The position numbers and the translations under genes were made by a program. Under the pieces are notes generated by a model that was not told where the DNA came from, made no database searches, and was given only the letters and a program-made list of their open reading frames with translations. This document shows, piece after piece, positions 27,529 through 38,406 of a stretch of 64,000 nucleotides of DNA. The stretch is from an uncultured Candidatus Rokubacteria bacterium (lineage in GTDB: Bacteria; Methylomirabilota; Methylomirabilia; Rokubacteriales; CSP1-6): assembly GCA_963758635.1 (NCBI GenBank), contig CAVWWD010000008.1:32001-96000 (forward strand). Reading direction: 5' to 3'. Each line of letters begins with the position of its first letter. Positions within the stretch are counted from its first letter, which is position 1.

Positions 27529-29613
27529 TCAGAGCTTGTCGAGGGCGTCGAGGACCGCGCCCTCGCTCAGGATCTGCGGAAGGACGGCCGGCGCGCCGGC
27601 CTCGCCCCGCGGATACAGCAGGTAGAGCGGCACGCCGCTCCGTCCGTGTGACTCGAGCACGCGCGTGATCGCGGGATCGCGTCGCGTCCAGTCGGCCTTG
27701 AGGGCGACCACGCCCTTGTCGGCGAGCGCCCGGCTGACCGCGGCCGAGCGGAGCGCCACGCGCTCGTTGACCAGGCAGGTGATGCACCACGCGGCCGTCA
27801 CGTTCACGAAGACGGGCGTGCCCCGCGCGCGCAGCTCCGCCACACGGGATGGGCTCCAGGCCTCCCATCCGTCCGCGCTCGTCGCGCCCGCGGGCGGCAC
27901 CGACACCGCGTCGGCCAGCGGCCCGGTGGCGAGCGCGGCCAGCCCGAGCGCGGCCGCCGCGCCGGCGGCAAGCCCGCGCCACGGCCGCGGCGCCGAGCGA
28001 GACCGCGCGTAGAGCCCCACGGCCACGGCCACCAGGACGAGTCCGGCGAGGCCGGCCGCCACGCCGCGCAGTCCGGCCTGCCGGCTGACCACCCAGATGA
28101 GCCAGGCCACCGTCGCGTAGAGCGGCAGCGCCAGGGCGTGCTTGAGCCGCTCCATCCAGGCGCCCGGACGCGGCAGCAGCCCGCGCCACGCCGGCACCAT
28201 GGTGAGGAGCACGTAGGGAAGCGCGAGGCCGGCCCCGAGCGCCTCGAACACGAGGAGGGCGGCCGGCCACGGTTGGGTCAGCGCGAATCCCACCGCGGTG
28301 CCCATGAACGGCGCGGTGCAGGGCGTGGCGGCCACGGTGGCGAGGGCGCCGGTGAAGAACGATCCCGCGTAGCCCGGCCGTGCGGCGAGCGTCTGCCCGA
28401 CGCCGGCGAGGCGCGAGCCGATGGGGAGCAGCCCCGACAGCGACAGGGCCATGACGAACAGCACGGTGGCGAGCGTCGTGACGAACGCCGTCGACTGGAG
28501 CTGGAAGCCCCAGCCGATCTGCTCGCCCCCCGCGCGCAGCGCCACGAGCACGCCGGCGACGACGGCGAACGACGCGAGCACGCCCGCGGCGTAGGCGAGC
28601 CCGTGGCGCCGCAGCTCGGCGGCGGGCCCGGCGCCGTGACGGACGAGGGCCAGCGCCTTCACCGAGAGCACGGGGAGGACGCAGGGCATCAGGTTCAGGA
28701 GGAGTCCGCCGGCCACCGCGAGCCCCATCGCGGTCACCAGCGCGACGAGGGCGGAGCGGCCTCCGCCGCTCGGCTCCGCGCGCACGCTGAACGCGTGCCG
28801 GACGGTGGCGCCGTCCAGCCGCTCGGCGAGGACGAGCACGCCCTCGATGGGGCCGTCGGCGGCGCCGGGCAGCGGACCGCGCGTCATCTCGAGCGTGATG
28901 CGATCGCCGTCGACGCGGGCGTGCTGGGGCGCGGCGTGCTCGATCGGGCCCCAGCGGGAGGGAAAGAAGGCGACGTCCGCGATCCGCCCGGGCGCGAGGC
29001 CGCGCGCGGACACGGTGAGAGAGACAACGTCGCCCGCGGTCGTCACGGACGCTGGCCACGGGGCGGCCTCCGGCACGTCACGGCGCGCAGCGGCGATCAG
29101 CGCCGCGCCGCGCGGGTCGACCGCCGCCGGCCCCGCGGCGACGGGCAGCGTGATCTCGATCGGAGCTTCCTCCGGGATGCAGATCTTCTCGCACACGAGC
29201 CAGCTCGCCCGGCCGCGAAGCGTCACGCGCGTGCCGGGCGCGAGGTTGGACGGGGGCGTGACCGGAAGCGGCAGCACGACCTCCCCCGAGTAGCCGAACG
29301 TCATCGCCGGACCCGCCGGGATCCGCTGGGGATAGGGCCACGCGATCGCTCCCGCCGTGAAGCCGGCCGGCAGCGTCCACTCGATCCGCGCGGGTTCACC
29401 CGAGTCCCCGGGATTGATCCAGTAGGTGTGCCAGCCCGGCGCGATCTCCTGCCGCAGCCCGAGCCAGAAGGCGCGCCCGGGAGCGAGCGCCGCAACGTCG
29501 CTGACGAGCTCGACCCGCACCTTCGGCGCGTCTTCGGCCCTTGCGGGATCGGCGAAGGCGAGCACGAGGAGTGAGAGCACCGCGACGCCGGTAAGCGCGT
29601 GAGGCCGCTTCAT
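27529..29613 (-). CDS. dsbD: DsbD-family thiol:disulfide interchange protein
   Basis: GWHTYWINPGDSG, CEKIC, LNLMPCVLP, TPCTAPF and WCITC. Confidence 0.88.
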   Translation of the reverse strand: MKRPHALTGVAVLSLLVLAFADPARAEDAPKVRVELVSDVAALAPGRAFWLGLRQEIAPGWHTYWINPGDSGEPARIEWTLPAGFTAGAIAWPYPQRIPAGPAMTFGYSGEVVLPLPVTPPSNLAPGTRVTLRGRASWLVCEKICIPEEAPIEITLPVAAGPAAVDPRGAALIAAARRDVPEAAPWPASVTTAGDVVSLTVSARGLAPGRIADVAFFPSRWGPIEHAAPQHARVDGDRITLEMTRGPLPGAADGPIEGVLVLAERLDGATVRHAFSVRAEPSGGGRSALVALVTAMGLAVAGGLLLNLMPCVLPVLSVKALALVRHGAGPAAELRRHGLAYAAGVLASFAVVAGVLVALRAGGEQIGWGFQLQSTAFVTTLATVLFVMALSLSGLLPIGSRLAGVGQTLAARPGYAGSFFTGALATVAATPCTAPFMGTAVGFALTQPWPAALLVFEALGAGLALPYVLLTMVPAWRGLLPRPGAWMERLKHALALPLYATVAWLIWVVSRQAGLRGVAAGLAGLVLVAVAVGLYARSRSAPRPWRGLAAGAAAALGLAALATGPLADAVSVPPAGATSADGWEAWSPSRVAELRARGTPVFVNVTAAWCITCLVNERVALRSAAVSRALADKGVVALKADWTRRDPAITRVLESHGRSGVPLYLLYPRGEAGAPAVLPQILSEGAVLDALDKL

Positions 29614-29865
29614 GCCGGCCCCATTGTCCCACGTCTCTCGTGAGCCTCGCGCACCAGACTCATGCCGAGCGGTGGGATTGTAGAGGCCCGTGGCGGTTAC
29701 CGCATTCTGCGAGGGCCTCTAAGCGCGCGTGACCGGCTCGCGGTGGACGGCTGGCCGATTATATGTAAGATTGCTTTCGGGGCCGGTCTCGCAAAGGATC
29801 GGCCCTTCTCTCGTCCCGCGGTTCGTCGTGTCAGGTCGTTTCTACGCAGTTCCAAGGAGGTGGGA

Positions 29866-30372
29866 TTGGCCAAGCTCGAAAGCATGATCAAGGAGACTAT
29901 CGCGCGGGGCGCCCGGCGTCAGGTCCGGGCCTCCGTCGTGCCGCTACGGCGCGAGGTGTTCCGGCTCCGGCGCAGGGTGGCGAGCCTGCAAACGACGCTC
30001 GGATCGCTGCAGCGCAGCGCCGCGGCCTGGGAACGCACGCTGAAGGGCACGTCGCCCGTGCCCAAGGTGTCGGAGGAGGAGGCCAAGGCGGCCCGGTTGT
30101 CGCCCCGCTTGATCCTCAGCCTCAGAAAGCGGCTCGGCCTGAGCCAGGCGGGGCTCGCCTCGCTCCTCACCGTGAGCCCCCCGGCGGTCGCGCACTGGGA
30201 GGCGGGCGAGTCGATGCCCGCCGGCCCGAACCGCGCCACGCTCATCGCGCTCCGCAAGGTGGGACGCCGGGAGGCGAAGGACATGCTGGCCCGCAGCATG
30301 AAGAAGGCCGAGGCCCGTCCCGGACGGAGCAAGCGGGCGCGGCGGCGCCCGCGGAAGAAGAAGAAGAAGTGA
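29866..30372 (+). CDS. XRE-family HTH protein with an N-terminal coiled coil
   Basis: RBS AAGGAGG plus TTG; LRKRLGLSQAGLASLLTVSPPAVAHWE; basic tail. Confidence 0.8.
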   Translation: MAKLESMIKETIARGARRQVRASVVPLRREVFRLRRRVASLQTTLGSLQRSAAAWERTLKGTSPVPKVSEEEAKAARLSPRLILSLRKRLGLSQAGLASLLTVSPPAVAHWEAGESMPAGPNRATLIALRKVGRREAKDMLARSMKKAEARPGRSKRARRRPRKKKKK

Positions 30373-30377
30373 GGACG

Positions 30378-30463
30378 CCGGCGCTTACCTGCCGCTGTCG
30401 ATCCCGGAAGACGAAGAAGTGAAGAACGTAAGGAGCCCGGCGGCTACCTGACGCTGTCGATCC
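30378..30463. repeat. Imperfect direct repeat (59-nt period) at convergent gene ends
   Basis: CCGGCGCTTACCTGCCGCTGTCGATCC at 30378 and CCGGCGGCTACCTGACGCTGTCGATCC at 30437, each preceded by GAAGAAGTGA. Confidence 0.7.
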
Positions 30464-33335
30464 TCCAGCGATCGTTGACGCGCTTGAAGCGGAACGTGAA
30501 GCTTCCGCTGGTCTGGACGGTCTCGCCGCTGGGCGTGACGATCACGTCCTCTCGCTGGCCGCGAGCCTCCGCCTCGTCGCCGCGCACGTTGATGGCGTCG
30601 ACCTTGAGGCTCAGCCGGTAGCTCCGAGTCTGGGCGAACACCGCTTGATGCCGTGTGATGTCCTCGGAGCGTAGACCCGGCCGGATCTCTCGCAGCAGGC
30701 CGAGGTCCTTCGTCTCGAAGGCGCGCGAGTACGAACGGATCAGCTCCCTGATGTCGGCGTCGGCCGCGCGCGCGGGCGGGGGGGCGCCGCCCGGCGTTCC
30801 CGCGCCGGGGGCGGGCGCGGGCGGCTCCGGAGGCTTCGCCGCCACCGGGGCCACCGCCTTCGCGAAGAGTCCGCCGGCCGCGTCGAACTCTTCCGCGGCC
30901 TCGGCGAAGCGTCGATCGCGGTAGCGCTCCTCGCCCTGGCGCTCACGCGCCAGGCCCCGCTCCATCTCCGTCGTGCCGCTGGCCCCCCGCGCCTTCTCGG
31001 CCAGCATCCGACGCCGGGCCTCGTCCGCGGCGTCCCGCGCCTTGCCCGCGGCCCACGCGCTGCGCTCGGCCTCGCCGTACCGTCGCGTCGCGTCGCCGAG
31101 CGCCGCGATGGCCTCGCGCGCGCGCGCGCCCCGCGCCAGCTCGCCCGCCTCGCGCTCCTTCGCCGCCGCGCCCGCGTAGAGGTCCGGGGTCAGCTGCTCC
31201 GCGCCCGCGCGGCGTGCGCCATCGCGCGCGGCCTCCGTCTGCTGCCGGGCGCCGGCGAGCTCCTGCTCGGCGCGGCGGGCCGTCTCGCTCGCGCCGTGCA
31301 TCCAGTAGAGGCCGAGCACGGCCACGAGGAGGAGGACGGCGCCCACGGCGAGCGTCACGCGTAACCATCCGGAGACGAATGCCGCCGCCCTGCGCCCCGC
31401 GGCTCCGAAGAAACGTCCCGCCCGCGACCGCGTGGTCCCGTCAGCGGCCGCCGGCGGCGTGGGGCGCGTGAACACGCGCGCGGACGGCATCGGGTCAGCC
31501 GGGCCCACGCGGGACGGCGTTGCGATCGACACCGGAGGCATCGACGGCGTTGGCGGCGGCGTCGGCACACGCGCCGGCAGGGGAGTCGGCCGATCCTCGA
31601 TGGCCGTTGCCTCATGGTCCGCCGTCGATCTGCCCGTGTCGGGAGACGTGGCAGTGGCCGGCGGGCTCGCTCCGGCCGGTGTCGGCGTGCTCGGCGGACC
31701 GAGATCGGTGGGCGTGCTCGCCGGGGAGGCCGCCCGATCGGTCGGCTTGGCCGCGCCCGGGACGAGGTCGGTGGGCGTGCCCGTCGCGGGCGGAAGCAGC
31801 TCGGTGGGCCTGGCCGCGCTCGGGGCGACGAGGTCGGTCGACGCGCCCGTCGTGGGCGTCACCCGCTCGGTCGTCGGCGGCCGCGTGGCCCCGGGCCTGG
31901 AGCGGTCGAGGATGACGGTCTCCGCCGCGTCCGACGAGGGCGTTGCCGGACGCGGCGCGACGTCGGGCGCCGGCAGGTGGACGCGCCCGAGCTTCGCTCG
32001 GTCGATCATCACCGTTTCCGCGTCGTCCGAGGCGTCGGCGGGCCGCGCCGGCTCGGCCTCGCGCGGGCGAAGGAGCTGGAGCTGCGCGCGGTCGATCATC
32101 ACGGTCTCGGCGTCGTCCGATCCGGGGGCCGGCGCGGCTCGCCGCGCCTCGCGTCGCGCTTCCTCGAGCGCGTGCACGCCGCCCGCGTGCTCGGGCATCG
32201 CCTGCACGATGCGCTCGAGCGCGGCGGCGGCGGCGGCCCAGTCCGCCTTCCGCGCGAGGCTCTTGGCTTCCGCGTAGGCCGGCCGCAGCGACTCGGCCCG
32301 CTCCAGCAGACCGCGCGCGCGCTCGATCTCCTCCACCTGCTCGCGGCGAAGGCTCTCGAGGGCGGCCAGGGGCAGCTGCTCGTCCGGCACCGTCACGGCG
32401 GCGGGGGCCGGTCCGTCGATGCGCTCGGCGAGCTGGGCGAGCAGGCGCGCCAGCTCGGGCGCGCCCGCCTCCAGGTGCCGGTGCACCGCGCGCGCCTCCT
32501 CGCGGAGCCGGCGCCGCACGCCCTCGAGCTCGGTCTGCAGCTGGCTCATGTCCCGGAACCGCTCGGCCGGCTCTCGCCGGAGCGCCCGCTCGAGCACGGT
32601 CTCGAGATCCCGCGGGATGCCGGCGTCGGGCGTGTAGAGCGACGGAGCGGTCGAGTCGATGCCCTCGAGGACGGCCATGGCGTCCGTGCCGCGCCGCGGG
32701 CTCCGGGAGGCGACGAGGTCGTAGAACAGGGCGGCGGCGGAGAAGACGTCCGAGCGGATGTCGCCCTGTCCGCGCAGCTGCTCGGGCGCGGCGTAGCGCA
32801 GCATGTCGCCGAGCTGGCCCCGACCCGCCGGGGTGGCGTCGCCGCGCGCGGCGATCCGGGCCATGCCGAAGTCGAGCAGCTTGACCATGCCGCTTCGCTG
32901 CACGATCACGTTCTCCGGCCGCACGTCGCGATGCAGGACGCCCCGCTGGTGCGCGTAGGCGAGGCCGCGGCACACCTGGATCATGATCCCGAGCCGGTCC
33001 TCGAGCGGGTGGTCCTCGCGCGTGGTGATGGTCTGCTCGAGCTCGTCGCCCTCCACGTACTCCACCACCATGAAGAGCCGGCCCTGCTCCTCGCTGGCGT
33101 CGTAGACGGTCACCATGTTCGGATGGCTCAGCTTGGCGCACGCCTGCGCGTCCTTGAAGAAGCGGCTCCGAAGGTCGTCGGTGATGTCGCCCTGCTCGGC
33201 GATGACCTTGAGGGCGACGATGCGCTTGAGGAGGGTGTCCTCGGCCTTGAACACCAGGCCGATGCCGCCGTAGTGAATCTCCTCGATGATGCGGTACTTA
33301 CCGAGCCGTTCGCTCGCGGCCACGTGGTCTGTCAC
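30444..33335 (-). CDS. Hanks-type Ser/Thr kinase with repeat linker, TM helix and NTF2-like C-terminus
   Basis: VALK, HRDVRPEN, DFG, APE, SDVFS; TM segment VTLAVGAVLLLVAVLGLYW. Confidence 0.88.
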   Translation of the reverse strand: MTDHVAASERLGKYRIIEEIHYGGIGLVFKAEDTLLKRIVALKVIAEQGDITDDLRSRFFKDAQACAKLSHPNMVTVYDASEEQGRLFMVVEYVEGDELEQTITTREDHPLEDRLGIMIQVCRGLAYAHQRGVLHRDVRPENVIVQRSGMVKLLDFGMARIAARGDATPAGRGQLGDMLRYAAPEQLRGQGDIRSDVFSAAALFYDLVASRSPRRGTDAMAVLEGIDSTAPSLYTPDAGIPRDLETVLERALRREPAERFRDMSQLQTELEGVRRRLREEARAVHRHLEAGAPELARLLAQLAERIDGPAPAAVTVPDEQLPLAALESLRREQVEEIERARGLLERAESLRPAYAEAKSLARKADWAAAAAALERIVQAMPEHAGGVHALEEARREARRAAPAPGSDDAETVMIDRAQLQLLRPREAEPARPADASDDAETVMIDRAKLGRVHLPAPDVAPRPATPSSDAAETVILDRSRPGATRPPTTERVTPTTGASTDLVAPSAARPTELLPPATGTPTDLVPGAAKPTDRAASPASTPTDLGPPSTPTPAGASPPATATSPDTGRSTADHEATAIEDRPTPLPARVPTPPPTPSMPPVSIATPSRVGPADPMPSARVFTRPTPPAAADGTTRSRAGRFFGAAGRRAAAFVSGWLRVTLAVGAVLLLVAVLGLYWMHGASETARRAEQELAGARQQTEAARDGARRAGAEQLTPDLYAGAAAKEREAGELARGARAREAIAALGDATRRYGEAERSAWAAGKARDAADEARRRMLAEKARGASGTTEMERGLARERQGEERYRDRRFAEAAEEFDAAGGLFAKAVAPVAAKPPEPPAPAPGAGTPGGAPPPARAADADIRELIRSYSRAFETKDLGLLREIRPGLRSEDITRHQAVFAQTRSYRLSLKVDAINVRGDEAEARGQREDVIVTPSGETVQTSGSFTFRFKRVNDRWRIDSVR

Positions 33336-33455
33336 CGATCCTCCCGGGCCGGGAAAATGTCCTTGCCACGGTCCGCCGTTGTTGAGTCGCGCAGCCAGTA
33401 TAATCCTGGCATGGAAGGGCCGCCGCCGACGGGAAATTTCCGGCGCGGACGCACC

Positions 33456-35098
33456 ATGCGCCGCCGCGTCGTGCCCATCGTCCTGGGCCTCGCCACGCTG
33501 GTCGCGGCCGCGTGCGCCCCCACGCCGCCGCCCACCGCGAGCGCGCCGCCCGAGGCGCCCCCGCCGCCGCCCCCGCCGCGCGCCGCCGCCCCGCCCCCCC
33601 GCCTCCCGTGGAGGCGCTGCCGGAGACGTTCGAGTCGAGCGAGTTCATCGTGGCGCTCGCCCGCGCCGGGGACACCGCGGAACGCCTCGCCGCCCGGCAC
33701 CTCGGCGGCGCGGCCCGGGCGTGGATGATCACCGATTTCGGCGGCGCCGCGTCCTACGCCGCGCGGCAGATCGTCGTCATCCCGCGGCGCCAGTGGAACC
33801 CGCCCGGCGTCTACCCCCACGGCTACCAGGTCGTGCCGGTCCTCGCCTACGGCCCGCTCGCCGCCGATCGCCGGACCCGCGGCGCGGTGAGCGCCGCCGC
33901 CTTCGAGGAGCAGATGCGGGACCTCAAGGCGGGCGGCTACCACGTGCTCGCGCTCGACGAGTTCTTCGCGTACCTGCGCCAGGAGCGTCAGGTGCCGAGG
34001 AAGTCGGTGCTGCTCACATTCGACGACGCGCAGCGCGGCTTCCTGCAGCACGCCCGGCCGGTGCTCCAGGAGCTCGGGTTCCCGGCCGTGCTGTTCGTGG
34101 CCACGGGCGCGGTCGCGGCCCGGCCGGGCGCCGGCCCCTTGAGCTGGCCCGAGCTCACCGAGCTCTCGAAGAGCGGCGTCGACGTGCAGTCCGCGTCGCG
34201 CAGCGCCCGCGACCTGCGGCGCGCGGGAAGCGAAGCCGATGCCGCGTACTCGCGGCGCATGCAGCAGGAGCTCGAGACGCCCCTCGAGCTGCTCAAGCGG
34301 CACGTGTCCCGACTCGGAAGCGGCCTGGAGACCCTCGCGTATCCGGTCGGTCGCTGGGACGACGACCTCATCCGCTACGCGCGGCAGTACGGGTACAGCG
34401 CCGCCTTCTCGGTGGGCGGCGACGCGAACCCGGCGTTCGTGCACGCGCTCAAGATCAACCGCATCCCGGTCAGCGCCGACTGGACGCTGGCCGATTTCAA
34501 GAGGAACCTCGTCACCTTCCGGGAGCAGGCGATCCTGCTGGACCGGCCGCCCGAGCCGCCGGCCGCCCTCACGGCCCCCGCCGGTGATCGGGCCACGCGC
34601 CGCGCGGTGGCCGCACCGCGCCTCGAGTGGTCCCGTCAGCTCGAGGAGCGCGGGTTGCTGCGTCAGGCCCTCGACGAGTGCCGGATCGCCCGCGCCATCG
34701 ATCCGGGATCGTCGGCGGCGACGGAGCGGTGCGGCCGGCTGCAGACGCGCATCCCGGCCGAGGCGACGGCGCGGTTCCAGGAGGGGGTGAAGCTCGCGCG
34801 CACGTCGCCCGGCGACGCGCGGGCGCGCTTCCTCGCCGCGCTCGCCGTGGATCCCACGCACGTGGGCGCCTTCGACGCGCTCCGGAACACCGCGGCGCTG
34901 CCCACGAAGTTCCTGAGCCATACCGTGCGGGCCCAGGAAACGTCGTCCTCGCTCGCCGACCTCTACTACGGGGACCGCGCCCGCGCCGACCTCATCGAGC
35001 AGGCGAACGGCCTCGCGCCCGGCGCGGCGCTGCCCGTCGGCAAGGTCCTCAAGATCCCGGAGATCTCCGGAGTTCCGTTCCTCCGCCCCGACCGTTAG
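33456..35098 (+). CDS. Lipoprotein with LysM-like, CE4 polysaccharide deacetylase-like and TPR-like parts; frameshift in the C-run near 33600
   Basis: Lipobox-like VAAAC; VPVLAY, LLTFDDA, AYPVG; C-terminal HTVRAQET..LA..YYGD...IEQANGL. Confidence 0.8.
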
Positions 35099-35381
35099 AG
35101 GTTGTGACGCAGAGCGGACCTTGACCCACGAGCGGGTCGAACAGGGGATCGATCACCGCGTCCTCCTCCTCCTGCGCTCGGGCTCGATGCATCCCGTTGC
35201 GCCCTGATAGTCCCTGCGATGGCGCGGCGTCAAGCGCCCGACCGGACAGCTCCAGAGCGGAGGCCGTGGACAGCCGCTCCGCCCCCGGGTAGGCTATCCG
35301 CGCCGGCGAGCCGCCGCGGCGAACGCGTCGCGGCGCGCTCGAGCTCGGCACGTCTCTCACATCTCACCCAGGGAGGCCTTC

Positions 35382-35681
35382 ATGACCGTCGATCGGTACA
35401 CCCGCATCGTGCTGACCGTCATCGCCGTGGCGCTCACCGTGATCGCCGTGCGCCCGTGGCTGCCCGCGCCCGACGTGCGGGAGGCGCTCGTGCCCGGCGC
35501 CGCCCACGCGCAGAACCTCACCCCGAAGTACGAGGTCTCGGTGCCGAAGGCGTGGGGCAAGTACGTGGCGTTCAGCAACAACAACCTTCTCCTGGAGAGC
35601 GCGGAGGGATGGCGCATCGTCGACGTTGAGGGGAAGGCGCCCGAGTATCCAAAGGTGAAGGCGCTGATTCGCTGGCAGTAG
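35382..35681 (+). CDS. Small exported/membrane hypothetical protein
   Basis: RBS GGGAGG, N-terminal hydrophobic helix, AHA cleavage-like site, strong GC3 bias. Confidence 0.75.
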   Translation: MTVDRYTRIVLTVIAVALTVIAVRPWLPAPDVREALVPGAAHAQNLTPKYEVSVPKAWGKYVAFSNNNLLLESAEGWRIVDVEGKAPEYPKVKALIRWQ

Positions 35682-35863
35682 CGCGGCGGTCGCGCTCGGA
35701 GGCCACGCGCGGTGCTCGCGCTTGTTGCTCGCCTCCCGCCTCCCGAAGTAGACTGCCCGACGAGGAATTCCACGCGGCCTCGTCACCTGGCCCCGGCTCG
35801 CTCCCGCCGGGGTCGTCGCTCTCCGTCGGCGTGGTCGCGCTCCGGCCGCCGGGAGGCACGGAC

Positions 35864-36025
35864 ATGCCGAAGCTCACGCTGGTGCAGGACCGGAAGACGG
35901 TCCAGATCTACGATCTCGATCAGCAGGTCATGCGCGATCGGAAGACGGTGCACGTCTACGACATCGACCGGCCCGTGATCCGCGTCGGGCGCGTGGCGGT
36001 GATGGACATGGACGAGGTGCGCTGA
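35864..36025 (+). pseudogene. Short ORF resembling the N-terminus of an FHA domain, with an internal duplication
   Basis: RBS GGGAGG; MPKLTLVQ-DRKTVQIYDLDQQVMR-DRKTVHVYDIDRPVIR-VGR. Confidence 0.5.
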
Positions 36026-36031
36026 CCGGCC

Positions 36032-37694
36032 ATGCGCTCCGGGCGCCGGGGCCTCTGGCTCGTCGCTATCGCCGCGCTGTCCCTGGGCTGCGGCGCCTCC
36101 CCCGCGGCCCACCATGCCGCGGGGGCCGCCGTCCCCTCCGCTGCCCCACTGCTCTTCGAGGACCTCGGACACCATCACCGCCCCGTCACCACCACCTCGC
36201 CGCGCGCCCAGGCGTACTTCGACCAGGGCCTGCGGCTCGTCTACGCCTTCAACCACGTCGAGGGGCAGCGCGCGTTCGAGGAGGCGGCGCGGCTCGATCC
36301 GAGCTGCGCGATGTGCTTCTGGGGCATCGCGCTCTGCCACGGGTCCAACTACAACAGCCCGACCGACGCCGAGCGCGAGCGCGCGGCGACGCGGGCGGTG
36401 CAGGCGGCTCAGGCTCTGGCCGCCCGGGGGACCGACGTGGAGCGGGCGCTGATCGCCGCGCTGGCCCGCCGTCACGCGCCCGCCGACGCCAGCCGCGTCT
36501 CGCTGGACCGGACCTACGCCGACGCCATGCGCGAGGTGGCGCAGCGCTTCCCCGCCGACCTGGACGCCGGCACGCTCTTCGCCGACGCGCTGATGAACCT
36601 GCGACCGTGGGACCTCTGGACGATCGACGGGCAGCCCGAGCCCGGGACGCTGGAGGCGGTGGCCGCGCTGGAGCGGGTGCTCGCCGCGAACCCCGATCAT
36701 CCGGGCGCCAACCACCTCTACATCCACGCGGTGGAGGCGAGCCCGCGGCCGCAGCGCGCGGCGGCCGCCGCCGACCGTCTGGCCGGCCTCATGCCCGGGG
36801 CCGGTCACATGGTGCACATGCCGTCGCACATCTACTTCCGCATCGGCCGCTACGAGGACGCCCGGCTGGTGAACGAGCGCGCCGTCGCGGCGGACCGGAC
36901 GTACTTCACGAAGAGCCGGCCGAGCCCGATCTACCAGGGCATGTACCACCCGCACAACATCGACTTCATCTGGCACGCGGCCGGCATGGAGGGACGCAGC
37001 GCGGATGCCATCCGCGCCGCCCGCCAGCTCGCCGCCGCCGCGCCCGTGGACGTGGTCCAGTCGATGCCCGACATGGAGACGATGCCCGCCGCGCCGCTCG
37101 GCGCGCTCGCGCGCTTCGGGCGCTGGGAGGAGATCCTCCGCGAGCCCGCGCCGCCCGCCGGCTTCCTGTACGTCACCGGGGTGTGGCATCACGCGCGCGG
37201 GCTCGCGTATCTGCGCACGGGCCGGCCGGGCGAGGCGACCCGCGAGCTGGCGGCGCTTCGCGCGTTGACCGAGCGTGTCCCCGCCGAGCGCACCGTCGCG
37301 GGATTCTTCAAGACCGCGGACATGCTGCGCCTCGCCGGCGAGGTCCTCGCCGCGGAGATCGCCGCGCAGGCCGGGCACGTCGACGAGGCGGTGCGCCGCC
37401 TGACCGAGGCGGCCGGGATGCAGGATCGCCACTGGTTCACCGAGCCGCCTCCCTGGTACGCTCCGGTGCGGCACACGCTCGGCGCCGTGCTCCTCGAGGC
37501 CCGCCGTCCCGTGGAGGCGGAGGCCGTCTACCAGGACGACCTGCGCCGGAATCCCGGCAACGGCTGGTCGCTCGTCGGACTGACGCAGGCCCTGCGGGCC
37601 CAGCAGCGCCTCGTGGAGGCGCAGGGCATGCAGGGGCGGTTCAGCCTGGCGTGGGCGCGGGCGGATGTGAGCATCACGCGGTCGCGCTTTTTAA
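36032..37694 (+). CDS. Exported TPR-repeat protein
   Basis: AQAYFDQGLRLVYAFNH, HPGANHLYIHAVE, GHMVHMPSHIY; probable true end SRF-TAA masked by an extra T (the ORF track runs to 37738). Confidence 0.8.
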
Positions 37695-37721
37695 ACCACT
37701 CAACCTGGAAAAGGGGACCCC

Positions 37722-38303
37722 TTGGCGCCACCTGTTGATCCGAACGAGGTTCTGATGACCGGCGAGAACTCCTTCATCCGCCTGAGCCCGGACGGCGGCA
37801 CGACGCAGACGGACCGCATCAGCCACTGGCGGGTGCTCTGGTGTCCGGGCGGCGGCGGTCACGTGCTGTTCATGCAGAGCCAGCTCACGGGCGGGCAGGT
37901 GCGCATCTGGAGCGACAACGTCGGCGTGACGCGCTGGCTTCAGAAGACGATCGAGACGCTGCTGTTTCCCGCCTTCGCCGATCCCGCCACGCCGGTCGCG
38001 ACCGCCGCCTTCGGGCGGCACGGCGGACCGTGGGGGACGGCGGTGGAGACGGTGACCGCGGCCGACGCGCGCATCACGCTGTCGTGGTGGGACACGCTCA
38101 CGCCGTTCGTCCTCAACGCGCCGCCCGGCTTCAACAACCGGCCGATCGGCGTGTTCAGCACGTTCTTCCCCGCGCGGGGCGCCCAGATCGAGATGGACGG
38201 CAAGGTCGCCAAGGGCCTGCCGTGGGCGGAGACGCGAGGTGACCGGCAGTCCAGCAGCGCCTGCCTGGCGTGGTCCGAGACCTGGGTGAAGCCGAAGAGC
38301 TGA
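37722..38303 (+). CDS. Conserved hypothetical protein
   Basis: TTG start with a purine-rich RBS, strong GC3 bias, globular composition. Confidence 0.7.
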   Translation: MAPPVDPNEVLMTGENSFIRLSPDGGTTQTDRISHWRVLWCPGGGGHVLFMQSQLTGGQVRIWSDNVGVTRWLQKTIETLLFPAFADPATPVATAAFGRHGGPWGTAVETVTAADARITLSWWDTLTPFVLNAPPGFNNRPIGVFSTFFPARGAQIEMDGKVAKGLPWAETRGDRQSSSACLAWSETWVKPKS

Positions 38304-38406
38304 GCCGGCCGACCGACCCGCGACCTTGCGGCGGGCCCAGCCGCGGGAGAGCGTGAACGCGCGCCGCGGCGCTCCTGATCGAGGAGCGCCGCGGCGGCGA
38401 GATCCT

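Noticed and set aside
31600..32130. Repeats in the kinase as a DNA repeat array or DGR template
   Set aside because: They are in-frame peptide repeats; no reverse transcriptase and no adenine-specific variation
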